Shown: piece by piece, positions 13,925 through 27,120 of the stretch
How the letters are laid out: every line of letters begins with the position of its first letter
Position numbering within the stretch: position 1 is the stretch's first letter
Assembly: GCF_006345805.1 (NCBI RefSeq)
Contig: NC_042999.1
Span: forward strand, 98,704,001-98,768,000
Length of the DNA: 64,000 nt
Reading direction: 5' to 3'
DNA from: Octopus sinensis
Lineage: Eukaryota
Notes under the pieces: generated by a model
The model's input: only the letters and a program-made list of their open reading frames with translations
The model's database searches: none
What the model was told of the DNA's origin: nothing
Made by a program: the position numbers and the translations under genes

Positions 13925-14250
13925 GTCCCTTCCAGTCATATATAACCATGGGATTACACCTAGAAAGTTCCCCTCTGAGGCACAAGTCTGAGCAAAGTTG
14001 TTTATGGACGACCAGCCGTCATCCATGCATACCAGCCTCCCCTCACCATGCTACTGATAGTATCCAAGGGTAAGGCGAAGGCTGGTGCAGCTTGGCACCA
14101 GTGATGTCACAACTCATTTCTACATCTGAGTGATCTGAAGCAATGTGAAATAAAGTATCCTGCTCAAGAACAAAACACACAGCCCAGTCCAGGAATCAAA
14201 CTCACTACTTCATGATTGCAAGCTTGATGCTCTAACCACTGTGCTTTCAC
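13925..14250 (-). mobile_element. SINE family C
   Basis: Homologous to 4770-5060. Confidence 0.85.
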
Positions 14251-14651
14251 AGTAGAAAGAATTAGAGGATATAGAAATCAATACCAGTACTTGACTGGTA
14301 CTTTATTAACTCTAGAAGAATGAAGGGTAAAATTGACCTCAATAAGATTTGAACCTCAAAGGTAAAAATGCCTTAACTAAATTCTACTTCCATTACTTTA
14401 ATAAATCCTGTTGAACCACAACCATAAATTTTGACAAGCAATTTCTTCTTGTGTGTACTTTTGGCTATTATTGCTATTTTTCTTGCTGCTTTCTGTCACC
14501 TCTTTTACCCTTTTCCAATGAATTGTAGTTCACCTGAGCACTATATACAATTAAACCCGTTCTCATTAGATATTGAATAAATTCTGAGATGTATATAATA
14601 GTTGTAGAAGACAGACTGACTGCAACAATGTGAGAAAAAGGAACTGAATAT

Positions 14652-14800
14652 GATGTTGTTGTTGTTGCCGCTGCTGCTGTAGTTGCCATTGCTGTTGTTG
14701 TTGCAATTGTTGCTGTTGCTGTTATTGCAGCCTATTGTTGTTGCTGTCCTTTCTGCTTTTGTTGCTGCTGCTGTAGTTGTTGTTGTTGCTGTGGCTGTGG

Positions 14801-14845
<45 letters not shown>

Positions 14846-15140
14846 CTGCCATTGCTGCTGTTGTCATTGTTGTTTGCTTCAGCAGCTGCTGTTATTGCCG
14901 TTGCTGCTGACGTTATTGCTGCTGTGACTGATGATGATGTTGTTGCTGCTGCTGCTGTTGTTGTTGTTGCTGCTGCTGTTGTTATTGTTGCTGTTGTTGT
15001 TGTTGCTGTTGCTGTTGTTGCTGTTGTTGTAGTTGTTGTTGTTGTTGCTGTAGCTGCTTTTGTTGTTGCTGCTGTGACTGCTACTGCTGCTGTTGTTGTT
15101 GTGTTATTGTTGCAGCCATGGATGTTTGTTATTGCTGTTG
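14652..15140. repeat. Long mosaic (GCT/GTT)n trinucleotide repeat
   Basis: About 490 bp of interleaved GCT and GTT units; the poly-Gln frame on the minus strand is interrupted by TAA. Confidence 0.95.
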
Positions 15141-15627
15141 CTTAGGCATCACTCAGTCCTGACTATTAATGAAAGTATTCTAGGATTACATTATCTAATA
15201 TCTCACTCTCTTTCCAAGGTGAATTTGAAGGAGATTTGACTACTATTTCTAGCAGAATAAATGACTGAGTATAGCCATGCTCAACAACTTGATATGTATT
15301 GCCTGCTGCTGGTCTGTGTAATCTGAGAAAATATCTGGTTGCCAAAACATATTAGTTAAGGAGGTGCCCTCACATGGCCACAGTCTCATGACTGAAACAA
15401 GTGACAAAAAGAAAAATATATTCAAAGTACTACTTCACTTCTATGGATATGCAATGATATATTGAATGATAAATGCTTGATTAAAGAAATATAAGATGAT
15501 AATAAGCAAGTTACTTGTGAACTAAAAAAGAGTTACTATCAAGATGGTGGATTTCATCAGAAAATGACTACCATTACAAGTGAGATGATAAACAAAATTA
15601 ATTCATATGAAATGATGATTTTATATC

Positions 15628-15841
15628 CTGTTCTACTTTAGGCACAAGGCCCAGAATTTTTGGGGAGTGGGTTAGTCGATTAGATCGACCCAGGCACGCA
15701 ATTAGTACTTAATTTACTGATCCTGAAAGGATGAAAGGCAAAGTCAACCTTGGTGGAAGTTGAACTCAGAACGTAAAGACAGATGAAATACCACTAAGCA
15801 TTTCACCCGGCATGCTAACATTTCTGCCAGCTCGCCACCTT
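15628..15841 (-). mobile_element. SINE family A
   Basis: Near-identical to 1791-2005; another diverged copy follows at ~15955-16170. Confidence 0.85.
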
Positions 15842-16217
15842 ATAATGATTTTATATCGTAGCGGATATCAACATTGGGAGATTGTATGCTATCAAGATTC
15901 GTGAGTTAAATCCTAGCTTGAGCACATGTTCATTTATATGGTGTATAATAATTCCTTCCATTATTGGCACAAGGCTAGTAATTTCAGGAGTGGGAGGTAG
16001 TTGATCACCTCTGCTTCAGTGCTTGACTGGTACTTATTTTATTGATCATGAAAGGATGAAAGGCAAAGTCACTCTTAGTAGAATTTGAACTCAGAAAATA
16101 AGGATGGACAAAATGCTGCTAAGCATTCTGTCTGAAATGCCAAGTGTTCTGACAGCTCACTATCTTGTATATGGCAAGTAATAATGAATGGAAATTAAAC
16201 TATCTGAAATGTGTGAA

Positions 16218-16520
16218 TGCAGGTATGGCTAAGTAGTTAAGAGGCTCACTTCACAACCATGAATTTCCAGGTTCGATCCTACTGAGAGTTATCATGTGTA
16301 AATGAATTTAACTTAGCCTCTGCCTGACCCAACACCTACAAATGAATTTGCTTAGATGGAAACTGTATAGAAGCCCTCTGCAGACTGTACTTGTAATTCT
16401 TACTGTACCATGCTGATTCTGCTTGAGTATTACATGAACATTACATGTATGTGTCTGAAGAATACCCAGTCACTTCACAAGGTAATTCAATGAGCAGGTT
16501 GTCCTATTGATCGAGCTACT
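16218..16520 (+). mobile_element. Diverged SINE with family-B-like head and family-D-like 3' part
   Basis: Head GCAGGTATGGCTAAGTAGTTAAG...GGTTCGATCC; the 3' part resembles 26900-27040. Confidence 0.55.
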
Positions 16521-19500
16521 GGATGCTTATATGTTGCAGTTAGTGTGTGAATCTATCATAATATGAAGTGCTGTGTTAAGATTTAAGACAAAAGTGAGAG
16601 GGAAAAAAAAAATGATGTTATAGGTTTGGAAAATGTTTTCACTGTGCATGAGATATCTTAACTCATCCAGCTGAAGCTAATGTAGAGATATAAACATTAA
16701 CTCAATGAAACGATGAGGACATGGATGCTGATGTGAATGGTAGTAGTGGTGGTGGTGGTGGATTAATGATATCAATAGAAACAGTAGCAGTGGTAATAAT
16801 GGTGTTGGTGGTGGTGGTGGCAGTAGTGGGATGATGACAGTAGTAGCAGTGTTGATGACGATGAAATCTAAGGTTTAAAAAAATAATGTATAATATATAT
16901 TGTAGGATTAGTTAATCTAACCTATTTTCTGCCAAGAAATTAATGAAATAGCTATATTAATGTAAAACCCATAAAACAAAGTAAAAATAGAAAATTAATA
17001 TTTTGTAAACTGTGGATGATTAATGACATGAAATGTTATAGGTTCTAGAGAACTCTTAATTTAACTATATTATATGAGAAGAATTAACTCTTGTAAATGG
17101 GAATTTTCTAGAGAACCGTTCTTATAAGGAAAACTATGATGCTATATCATGTTGAATGCAGATTTTTAACTTAATCAGTATTACCTCAATCAAAATAGAA
17201 CCACTCTAACTAATTGACCAAATATCTTTTATTGACATCAACACAAGCAAATCAAAGAAGCAGAACAACTGTTGAGCAAACTATTTCTTTTAATAGCCAT
17301 TAGTGGAAAGTGTAGCTTAAGCATCTTTCCTTTTAAAGAATAGTTAAACTGTCTCAGATATTTTTTCCTATAAATTGGGTCTTCTGCTCATTCACCAGAC
17401 ACACTGATAAATTTAAACTTCAAACATTATATGAGTCTGACTAAATTATATAGCATCCTTTTAATGTTCCTGAACATCAGTTCTTTTAAGAGCATATTTA
17501 CTAAAATGTAGGATTTAAGTGTAGACTACGGAGAATATTTGGCTTACATTTTGTTGTGTGTTCAAATCATATCACAATAGTAGGGTTTACTTCCATATCT
17601 TCCTTGGTTAGGTTGGCAAAAATAGGTTGAATAACATACATTATTTGAGAGAAGTTGCTTTCTTTCATGTTATTTGTAAGTAACCATTTCTTTATTCTTG
17701 TAGTGTTAAATTTGAGAGTAACTCTTCTTCACTAAAATATATTGGCCATTTAATGAGGATGAAATCACAAAAGACCATACCATAAACTCAGTACAATGTG
17801 TCATAAAGATTCCAGTTGAAATTATCATTTTCACTTTGGGTAAATTAGCGTACTGGAATCCATCTCTTACCAAATCAAATTCATAGAATGATTTGAGCCG
17901 ACACTTCAAGTTAATAAAATGTTCAACAGTTGTTCAGAACTAAACTATGTTACTGAGGCATATATTTATAGTTATATTTAGTGGACCCTTTTCAAAAGTT
18001 GAGAGCTATATGGAAAGACACTCATGATGGAATGCAACCTCGAAACTTTTGATTGATAAACCAACAGCCAATTAGACTCTTACAACTCTCAACTTGCAGT
18101 AGTTTATAAAAAATCAATGATGTTGAACCAGGAACTATAGTGATTAAAGATAACAGAATTATATCTTATCCTAATATAAATTCTCCAATTGAGGAAAAAG
18201 GTCATCTGCTGTAATGCATGTTATGATTAGTTTTCATAAAGGAAGCAGGAGAACTAAAACAATAGAGTGACAGACTAAATAACATATGATATTTAGTTAC
18301 ATCTGTCTGAATTCTGAATTAAAGTCAAGGTGGAGTCAATTTTGCTTTATATGCATATGGAAGTCATTTAAACACCTACAAACCTATGGAGTAAAGCAAC
18401 AAGAAACACTTCCAGTGTGTTCTTCTTGAATAAACATTATGACAGATAGATTTAAAGTAGCAAGCTATATCGGAAGACAAGTAGATTTTCATGATGTTAT
18501 TAATATGTATCTGTCAGTTATTTTAGTAATATATCATATTAAAATGATCTTAATTAATGAAACCCCATATTGTGAAGATTCATCAAATAAGGATTCAGTC
18601 GGTTATATCCTCATACCTCTGCAAATGTGTGGTCTTGTATCTATGTTAGCAAAAAATATAAATGAAAAATTATGTAAATTGATGCTTTTATTTACAGTTT
18701 CAGTTTGAAAAGAGAAAAAAGTAAAATTTTGAGTGTTCCAGTAAATAACGACTGCTGTTATAGTTGTTGCTTAAACTCAGGTTGGTCTGATCTTAACTGT
18801 GCAAATCTATGATCAAAAACAATCTAGCCATGACCATCTAGCCTTATTATTATTAGGGGTTTTGCATCCTCATAATCTGTGTAATTCCATTTTGTTTTGA
18901 GAGGATTCAATGTGGCTTTGTGAGAGATTTTGCTTCTATTTCTAGCAAGTTGATCAATCACATAAAGCTCTTTGGCTTGTGATAACATCTGTTTTCACAG
19001 ATAATGTAGAAAAGTTGATAAACAATTTGGTTTCAAGTTTAGTTTAGCAAGCACATACAAATTTGAAAATATCACTTGTTGTGATTTAGTGAAAAGGGGT
19101 TAAGATTTTAATAACTTTTTTTCTTTAGAGGCAACAAGCAGAGATACCTGGCCTTGCTCGGGATTAAAATGGTATAGTTCTTTATTGTTTTACTTGTTTC
19201 AATCATGTGAGTGCGGCCATGCTGGAGCATTACTGTGGTAAAAAAAATCGATCACAGGATTTATTTTTTGTAAGCCTACTATTTGTTCTATCAGCATCTT
19301 TTTCCAATCCGCTAAGTTATCGGGATGTAAACACAACAACATCAGACAGTTTATTTCAAGACACATTTCACATTGTTCCAGTCCACTCAGCTGGCAAAAA
19401 GGAATAGTACCTGTAATTCAAAAGGCCAACCATGTCACATTCTCCTTGAGAATTACACAAAAGGTATGCACATCTGTGGAGTGCCCAGCCACTAATTTCA

Positions 19501-19902
19501 CGAGCAGGCTGTTTTGTTGATCAGATCAACTGGAACCCTCATCATTATAACTGATGAAGTGCTGCCACTTATGAAGAATATTTGAGAACTAACTAGCTTG
19601 CTCATGAATGCAATCTCTTCTTGTTCCCTGCAATGCTTCCAATTCAATCACCCACATAACTAAAGAATGCTAGAAAATGAATTTTATAAAGTAACCTTTT
19701 TTGTTGTTGTTATTGTTTAACCTCTAGTTAACCTTCATCAAACAGATCAGTAGTCAAGAGTGTTCCAGCCAAAAAATCCCAAATGTATTTTCAGACACAG
19801 TGTATATAAGATTACATTACTAAATATGTGTTTTCTTTTTGTATATTATTAAGTCAATGATTCTCAAATGATGCATCATGAATTTTAAAAAATATTAGTC
19901 AT

Positions 19903-20145
19903 CATTTACATTATTTACATTTGATGGATATTTATCCTCATCTTGTTTGTTGTTAACACGTTTCAGCTGATATACCCTTCAGCCTTCATCAGGTATCTTG
20001 GGGAAATTTCGAACCTGGGTTCTCATTCCTAGGGTATTTTTTGATGTTATTATTATTATTATTATTATTATTCAGGTCACTGTCTGGAATCGAACTCGGA
20101 ATCTAGGGGTTAGTAGCCCGTGCTCTTAACCACTATACCATATGC
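19903..20145 (-). mobile_element. tRNA-headed SINE carrying a hammerhead-ribozyme-like motif
   Basis: Minus strand: GCATATGGTATAGTGGTTAAG (A box), GAGTTCGATTCC (B box), (AAT)n, then GATAC-CTGATGA-A-GGCTG-10 nt-CAGCT-GAAAC-GTGTT, ending in TGTAAATAA repeats. Confidence 0.75.
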
Positions 20146-20950
20146 TGAATTATGGGTGATTTGATGCTAAATAACAATGATAGTAACATCCTCATCAGTC
20201 TCATCGCCATTGTCCTTGCTGCTATCACCAACATCAACATTGACATTGGCAGTATCAGAATTGGCACCTTTGACATCTTCAGCATTGGTATTGGTAGCAA
20301 TGATGGTTTAATAATAGTGGCAATAGTGGTTATGGTGTCATTGAACTCAGCCTTACAAATCTTTTCTTCTGTAATCGCTTCAATAACTAAACTCTGTTAA
20401 CTTTCGTGTCCATGTTAACTATATTAAAAATGCATGAAAAACAATATACTGCTATAATGAGGATTATGCATTGATATGTATGCCTGTGACCAAAATCTCT
20501 CCTACTATCACTCTTACTATTTACATCCACTATATCAATCTTGTTTAGTAATGCTTCCAAGGACAAAATATATTCCAGTATTGAACCAAGGAGCAGTGTA
20601 ACACTCTTTCTCAACAGAGATATTTCAACAAACTACAAATAGCTTTATAAGTTGTAGTAATATTGTCATTAAAATGTGAATTCTTTTGTTAAATGAAATG
20701 AAATACATAAAAAAATCTACAGAGGAAAAATAACAACAATAACAATGGTTTTTGACTTAGGCACAAGACCAGAAACTTGATGAGATAGGACTGGTTAATA
20801 CGATCAATCCAGTACTTGTTCTATCAACTCCAGTGGGACGGAACACAAAGCTGACTTTAGCAGCCTTGAAAATCAAAATATAAAGAATCAGAAGAAATTT
20901 CACAATGCATTTTTACCCATGCTCTAATGATTCTACCAATCTCTTACCTT

Positions 20951-21041
<91 letters not shown>

Positions 21042-21042
21042 T
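20951..21042. repeat. (TAC)n(TAA)n compound microsatellite
   Basis: Direct reading; followed by a minus-strand family A SINE at ~21043-21228. Confidence 0.95.
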
Positions 21043-21272
21043 TTTTCTACTATAGGCACAAGGCCTGAAATTTGACAGGAGGGGACTAGTTAATTACATC
21101 GCCCCAGTGTTTCACAGGTCCTTAATTTATCGATTCTAAAAGGATGTAAGGTGGAGTTGACCTTGGCAGAACTTAAACTGAGAAACATTTTGTACAGCCT
21201 GCTAATGATTCTGCCAGCTTGCTGCCTAGAATAATAATGATAATAATAATAATAATAATAACAACAACAACA

Positions 21273-21795
21273 AGAGCACTCAAAGAACAGAAATCTCTGC
21301 CAAGGCAACACCAATGTCCTCTCAATGATTAGCCAGAGATAATTTTTAAAATGAGAATATCTGAAATAAACTGGACTGCTCTCAAAAATGAAAATACTGA
21401 AAATGAACTCAACCGTTCTCAAAAATTAAGTAAAACAGCAGGAAAAATAATCCAGAATTCTTGTCCAGTACCAGATCGATCCCAAAATCTAATCAGTCTA
21501 TGCCAGGAGGTCAAACATCCCTGAAAGTTTCATCCAAGTTCATCTAGCAGTTCTTGAGATATTTTGCCCATGGACAAACAAACAAACACAACTGAAAACA
21601 ATATCTCTGCCTTCGCTAGAGCACTCAGAGAGCACAAACCTCTGCCAAGGCAACACCAACGTCATCTCAATGATTAGCCAGAGATGATTTTAAAATGAGA
21701 ATATCTGAAATAAACTTGGTTACTCTCACAAACGAGAATATTAAAAATGAACCTGATCACTCTCAAAGATTAAGTAAAAAAAAAACAGGAAAAAA
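21273..21795 (+). repeat. Head-to-tail tandem of a ~345-bp element (one full and one partial unit)
   Basis: AGAGCACTCA...CTCTGCCAAGGCAACACCAA...GATTAGCCAGAGAT...AATGAGAATATCTGAAATAAAC occurs at 21273 and again at 21618. Confidence 0.8.
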
Positions 21796-23289
21796 AAAAT
21801 ATATATGTATGTATGTATTTTTTTGTGTCGATGTTGGTGTGTTTATCTCCCTGTGGCTTAGCGGTCCTTTGTAAGCCTAGTACTTACTAGGCTTACAAAG
21901 AAGACCTGGGGTCGATTTCTTCAAGTAAAATCCTTTAAGGTAGTGCTCCAGCAAGGCCACAGTCAAATGGGAATAAAAGAAAACATTATGTGATGATTGA
22001 TAATGAATTATTTACTAAATTACGTCATTCTTAATTTAACTCTTATTCTCACTTTTAGAATTGTTTTGACAGTTGATATAATTTAGAATATTTTGTGTAA
22101 TAGTGATTCCATTGACAAGGAAGTTCCATGTTTATTGATTAGAAATTATGTTAGAATAGCCAAGCAAATGATTTCTTCATTTCATTGCCAATTTTAATGT
22201 CCAATCACAAGGTGAAGAACTCTGAGGTTCAAATAACCTCATGCTTGCTTAAGATATGCTTGTGTAGGTTGCATTAATGATACAAATTTTTGTATGTGAA
22301 AGAATTGGCTCACTTCTAATGTTATAGATATATCTATTCAACAATAATTAACATTGTTATAGAATATGACATCTTGGGTTTTAAAACACTTCACTCTAGA
22401 AATCTGATATTTTGCAATATTTTTCAAAATAAGAAGCCAATTTGCATATCATAGCAAGGTATTATTTACAAAATGGTGGCTAAAATATCTTGTGTCAGGG
22501 TTGGTAAAAAATTATCACTGACCTAATCTTCTCCTCCTCCTCCTCCTTTCCTCATTGCTGTCATCATTTTCACCATCATCATCATCATCATCATCATCAT
22601 CATTATCATTATCAAGATCATTATCTTGGCCATGATTATGATTATCATTATTATCATCATTGCTTTCATTGTCATCTTCCTCCTTATCACCACCACCACC
22701 AACCACCACCATCATCATCGTCATCATCAACATCATCTATGGTCAGGCACTTGGTTGTATGTGTCATGCAGTATATTGCCTCTTATCCTGATTGTTTGTC
22801 ATCTCATCTATGAAGTCCATCATACTCAGATTTAAAGTCACCATTTCCTTGCATATTTTCTTTGGACTCCTCTTATCAGAAGCACCTTCAACTGCCAGTA
22901 CACAATAATACTGCCATACTAGTCACTGCTGAGAACACTTTCCTATACTAGAGGGTTATTCACTTAACCATTGATGAAACCTTGCATAGATGTTCAACGA
23001 AAAAAAAACTATTTTTATCTTGAATAAAAACAATGAAAAGGAAAACACATACAACAATATTTAGTTGGATGCACTAGAAAACGTTAATTGCCAAGTGCAG
23101 ATTGACAGTATCGTTAGCATATTCTTAAAAATACATTGCAATATTTTTTTCTGTTTTGAGTGTCAATCCTGCCAAGCTCTATCTTTTCTTGCAAGTTGTT
23201 ATTTAACACCAAATCACTTCTGATCAAGAGGACTTTATCACCAGAGATGTTCCAGCCTGAACCGTTCCACCTTTTTGTATGCTGGGGAC

Positions 23290-23450
23290 TTCACTGATCT
23301 GATCTCTCAGAGTAGATGGAAGACATTGAAGAGGGAGACCCAAGAAGACAAGGGGCAAAATACTGAAGGACAACCTTGGGACACTGAACCTTTCTGATAA
23401 GATGACAAAGGACCGAGATGCCTGGCACTTTGCTGTACTCCACAGCAGAA
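23290..23450 (+). mobile_element. RTE LINE 3' ORF fragment
   Basis: Translates ILKDNLGTLNLSDKMTKDRDAWHFAVL, homologous to the end of the 34187-34537 ORF. Confidence 0.7.
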
Positions 23451-23558
23451 GTGTTAAGGTCACTCACCTCGGTGACGAGGATTGGCCTGCAAGAGACCTG
23501 TGCTATTGCCATATAAAAAGTGCTCATGTATTGCCATATGAGAGTAACTATGAAAACA

Positions 23559-23595
<37 letters not shown>

Positions 23596-24044
23596 CTATC
23601 TGTGTGCATGTGTGTGTGTCTCAGTGTATGTGTATCTTGGTGTGTATGTGTGAGTGTGTGTGCATGTGTGAGTGTGTGTGCATGTATGAGTGTGTGTGCA
23701 TGTGTGAGTGTGTGTGCATGTGTTTGTATGTATGTGCATGTGTGTGTATCGTGTGTGTGCCTGTGTGTGAGTGTATTTTTGCATCTCTTCAAATTGTCAA
23801 AAATGGTGACAGTTTTATGTCTACTTCTCTGTCTTGTGTGTATGTGTGTGCTTATGCGGGTGTATGTATGTGTGTCTGTGCGTATGAGTATGTTTATGCA
23901 TGGCTTCAAATTGTCAAACATAGTAACAGTATCTAATATCTCTTATAAACAATATATTCCTTGGCTTCAGTGGTTTCATAGCATGAGAAAACCGGGAGAA
24001 TAAAAGTATCTTTTATTAAAAGAATGTGTGGCTAGATAGGCACA

Positions 24045-24198
24045 ACAGTGGTTGTGTGGTTGAGAAGCTTGCTTCACAACTATGTGGTCTTGGGTTCAGT
24101 CCCACTGCATGACACCTTAGACAAATATCTAATAAAGCACCAGGGCAACTGAAGCCTTGTGAGTGGGTCTAGCAGATGGACAATGAAGGAAGCTTGTG

Positions 24199-24277
<79 letters not shown>

Positions 24278-24540
24278 TGTATGTGTGTGTGTATGTGTGT
24301 GTGTGGGTCTATATGCCTTTTCTTTGTGTTCTTGTTGCATTTGTCCCCAGCCATGGTTTGACAAATGTTGCTGGTCTGTTTATGTCCTCACAACTTAGTT
24401 GTTTGACAAAGAGACCAAATAGAATAAGTATCAGGATTAAAAATTAAAAGTAAGTTCTGGGTTCAATTAGTTTAAGCTAACCATTCAAGTCACTGCTCCA
24501 GCATGGCCACAGTCCAATGACAGAAACAGATAAAAGATAC
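24045..24540 (+). mobile_element. SINE family B with expanded internal (TG)n
   Basis: Same head and tail as 5137-5561. Confidence 0.8.
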
Positions 24541-25449
24541 AGGGTAAGGATATACTCTCACCCAACTACCATGGAAAAAGCTGACCACTGTCATGATAAA
24601 ATTTAAGTGACTGATTAATTTAAAGTGATATACAATTCTAACTTGATTTAAAATTTCTTTTCTTGGTAAAACTTAGTACATTCTGTCGGGAAATTATTCT
24701 GATTCCTTTTACTCCTCTAAAAGTAATTTTATGAGTTTTGTTCAGTTTATTTTATGAGTTTTCATCTAATGTTATCAATTTTTGGAGATTTTCCTCTATC
24801 TAACAAGTGATCTACCCACTTTGATTTCTCTTTGAATAAAACAATTTCTCCATATTTGCTGTATATATTGATAGAATTGTCCACTTTATATTGCTTTCTG
24901 ATCATAATTTGAGTCCATAATAATAAACTTCTTTGTGTTGGTTTTTGAGTTGGAATGTGTTCCTCAATAATGGCAGTGCTGTCTGGGTCATTTTGGTCTT
25001 GCCAGTACCTTTGAAGAACCAAAGTTATATCTTGCTGTTCTTATCCTAGCCTCAGTGTTATCATACAGGACAGAGTTGCATTTCTCTTTTATACAGCTAG
25101 ACACAACATAAGTCTCTTACACGTGCAAGAATTAGTATTTTATACTGTAAACATCATTATGTGTTTCGAAACAAAGAATTCTAAATACAATAATACACAT
25201 TAAAGAGTCAATATATTTCTATTAAAATTTCATTTAAATGACTGGTCACCATGAAACTTGAGTAATGGTCAGAATGGCAACAAATTATGTATGTATGTAT
25301 GTATGTATGTATGTATGTATGTATGTATGTATGTATGTATGTATGTATGTATGTATGTATATATATATATATATATATACACATACACACATATATATAT
25401 GCATGCACACACACACACACACACACATATGTATGTATATATATATATA

Positions 25450-25550
<101 letters not shown>

Positions 25551-25776
25551 AATTTCAGGGTAGTAAAAAATTATTTAGAAATTTTAAAACACAGTGTATA
25601 TTTAAACACATAAGAGATGGCCATAATAGGACATCTAATCTGCTAAAAGCAGTAGTTAAAATCCAACCACTATTAGGGGTATTTTCGAAAGGGAATGAAA
25701 AATATAAAAACATTTACCATCTTTTTCCTGGACCATGGTTTCAAGCTCTCTTCAGCAAATAAAGTAATTACTTATA

Positions 25777-26360
25777 CCAGTGGCTAGCATGTGTAAAACA
25801 AATGTCAGTAGACTGGTGTAACTTATTATTTTTTATAAATTTTACCCTTCATATTTATATTTAAATATTTTAATTCTTGGGTCAGATAATTCACTGTTGA
25901 ATTTACATTCACTGCTGTATTATTCTGATTTGACATGATGATTGAGGTCATTTGATTTGAATTCTTGATGTACAACGATGAAACTCAGTATGCACGTGTT
26001 TCCTTTGTGTTTCGGTTTGTATTTGAGTTTTATGATTATGTGTCCCAGCAATTCTACTGAAGATCCATATTTGGTTGATTCATCAATTGATTAATTAATT
26101 AATTGATTTATTTAATCATTAATGGTGAAACTTCAGAGTATTGAATTAACCGATATTTTAATTCTTCCAAATTGTCCTGCTTGCTTACAATCAAAGTGCT
26201 CTAAATGAGAATGTTTTTTCATGATTTGGGAATTCGATTGCCCTTTTTAGCATGTAAGAAGACCACATAGTGGTCTTCTCTCCATGTATAAATTTTATAA
26301 ACTCATATATATTATAAAAATATTTGTCTATTGACATTTTTTAAGCATGCTAGCCACTGG
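25777..26360. mobile_element. MITE with ~35-bp TIRs and TA/TATA flanks (Tc1/mariner-like)
   Basis: TATA|CCAGTGGCTAGCATG...AAATGTCAGTAGAC on the left and GTCTATTGACATTTT...CATGCTAGCCACTGG|TATA on the right are reverse complements. Confidence 0.8.
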
Positions 26361-26386
26361 TATAAATTATAAGTTTTAATCATTTC

Positions 26387-26449
<63 letters not shown>

Positions 26450-26450
26450 C

Positions 26451-26544
<94 letters not shown>

Positions 26545-26660
26545 CGTCAATTTATCATCTATCTGCAAAAGAAGCACAATATGTATCTCTATGTGTGTGT
26601 GTGTTTATATATGTGTATACATATATGTGTGTGCAATAATATACATATATATATATATAT

Positions 26661-27042
26661 GTGGAGGTGCAATGGCCCAGTGGTTAGGGCAGCGGACTCG
26701 CGGTCATAGGATCGCGGTTTCGATTCCCAGACTGGGCGTTGTGAGTGTTTATTGAGTGAAAACACCTAAAGCTCCACGAGGCTCCGGCAGGGATGGGGGT
26801 GATCCCTGCTGTACTCTTTCACCACAACTTTCTCTCACTCTTACTTCCTGTTTCTGTTGTACCTGTATTTCAAAGGGCCGGCCTTGTCACTCTCTGTGTC
26901 ACGCTGAATATCCCCGAGAACTACGTTAAGGGTACATGTGTCTGTGGAGTGCTCAGCCACTTACACGTTTATTTCACGAGCAGGCTGTTCCGTTGATTCG
27001 GATCAACCGGAACCCTCATCGTCGTAACCAATGGAGTGCTTC
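26661..27042 (+). mobile_element. Young tRNA-derived SINE, family D
   Basis: A box TGGCCCAGTGG, B box GTTTCGATTCC, CpGs intact, followed by a (TA)n/(AAT)n tail; partial copy at ~19380-19560. Confidence 0.85.
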
Positions 27043-27048
27043 GATCTA

Positions 27049-27089
<41 letters not shown>

Positions 27090-27120
27090 TAATATTAGGG
27101 AATAAATTATTATTCCAGCC

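Noticed and set aside
14474-15145. Poly-Ala/Leu/Gln protein
   Set aside because: Simple trinucleotide repeat; the Gln frame has stops and there is no splice context.
20387-20614. 75-aa minus-strand ORF
   Set aside because: No motif recognised and no supported gene context.
26661-26740. tRNA gene
   Set aside because: A and B boxes are present but no closed cloverleaf; it continues into a SINE body. The same applies to the other SINE heads.
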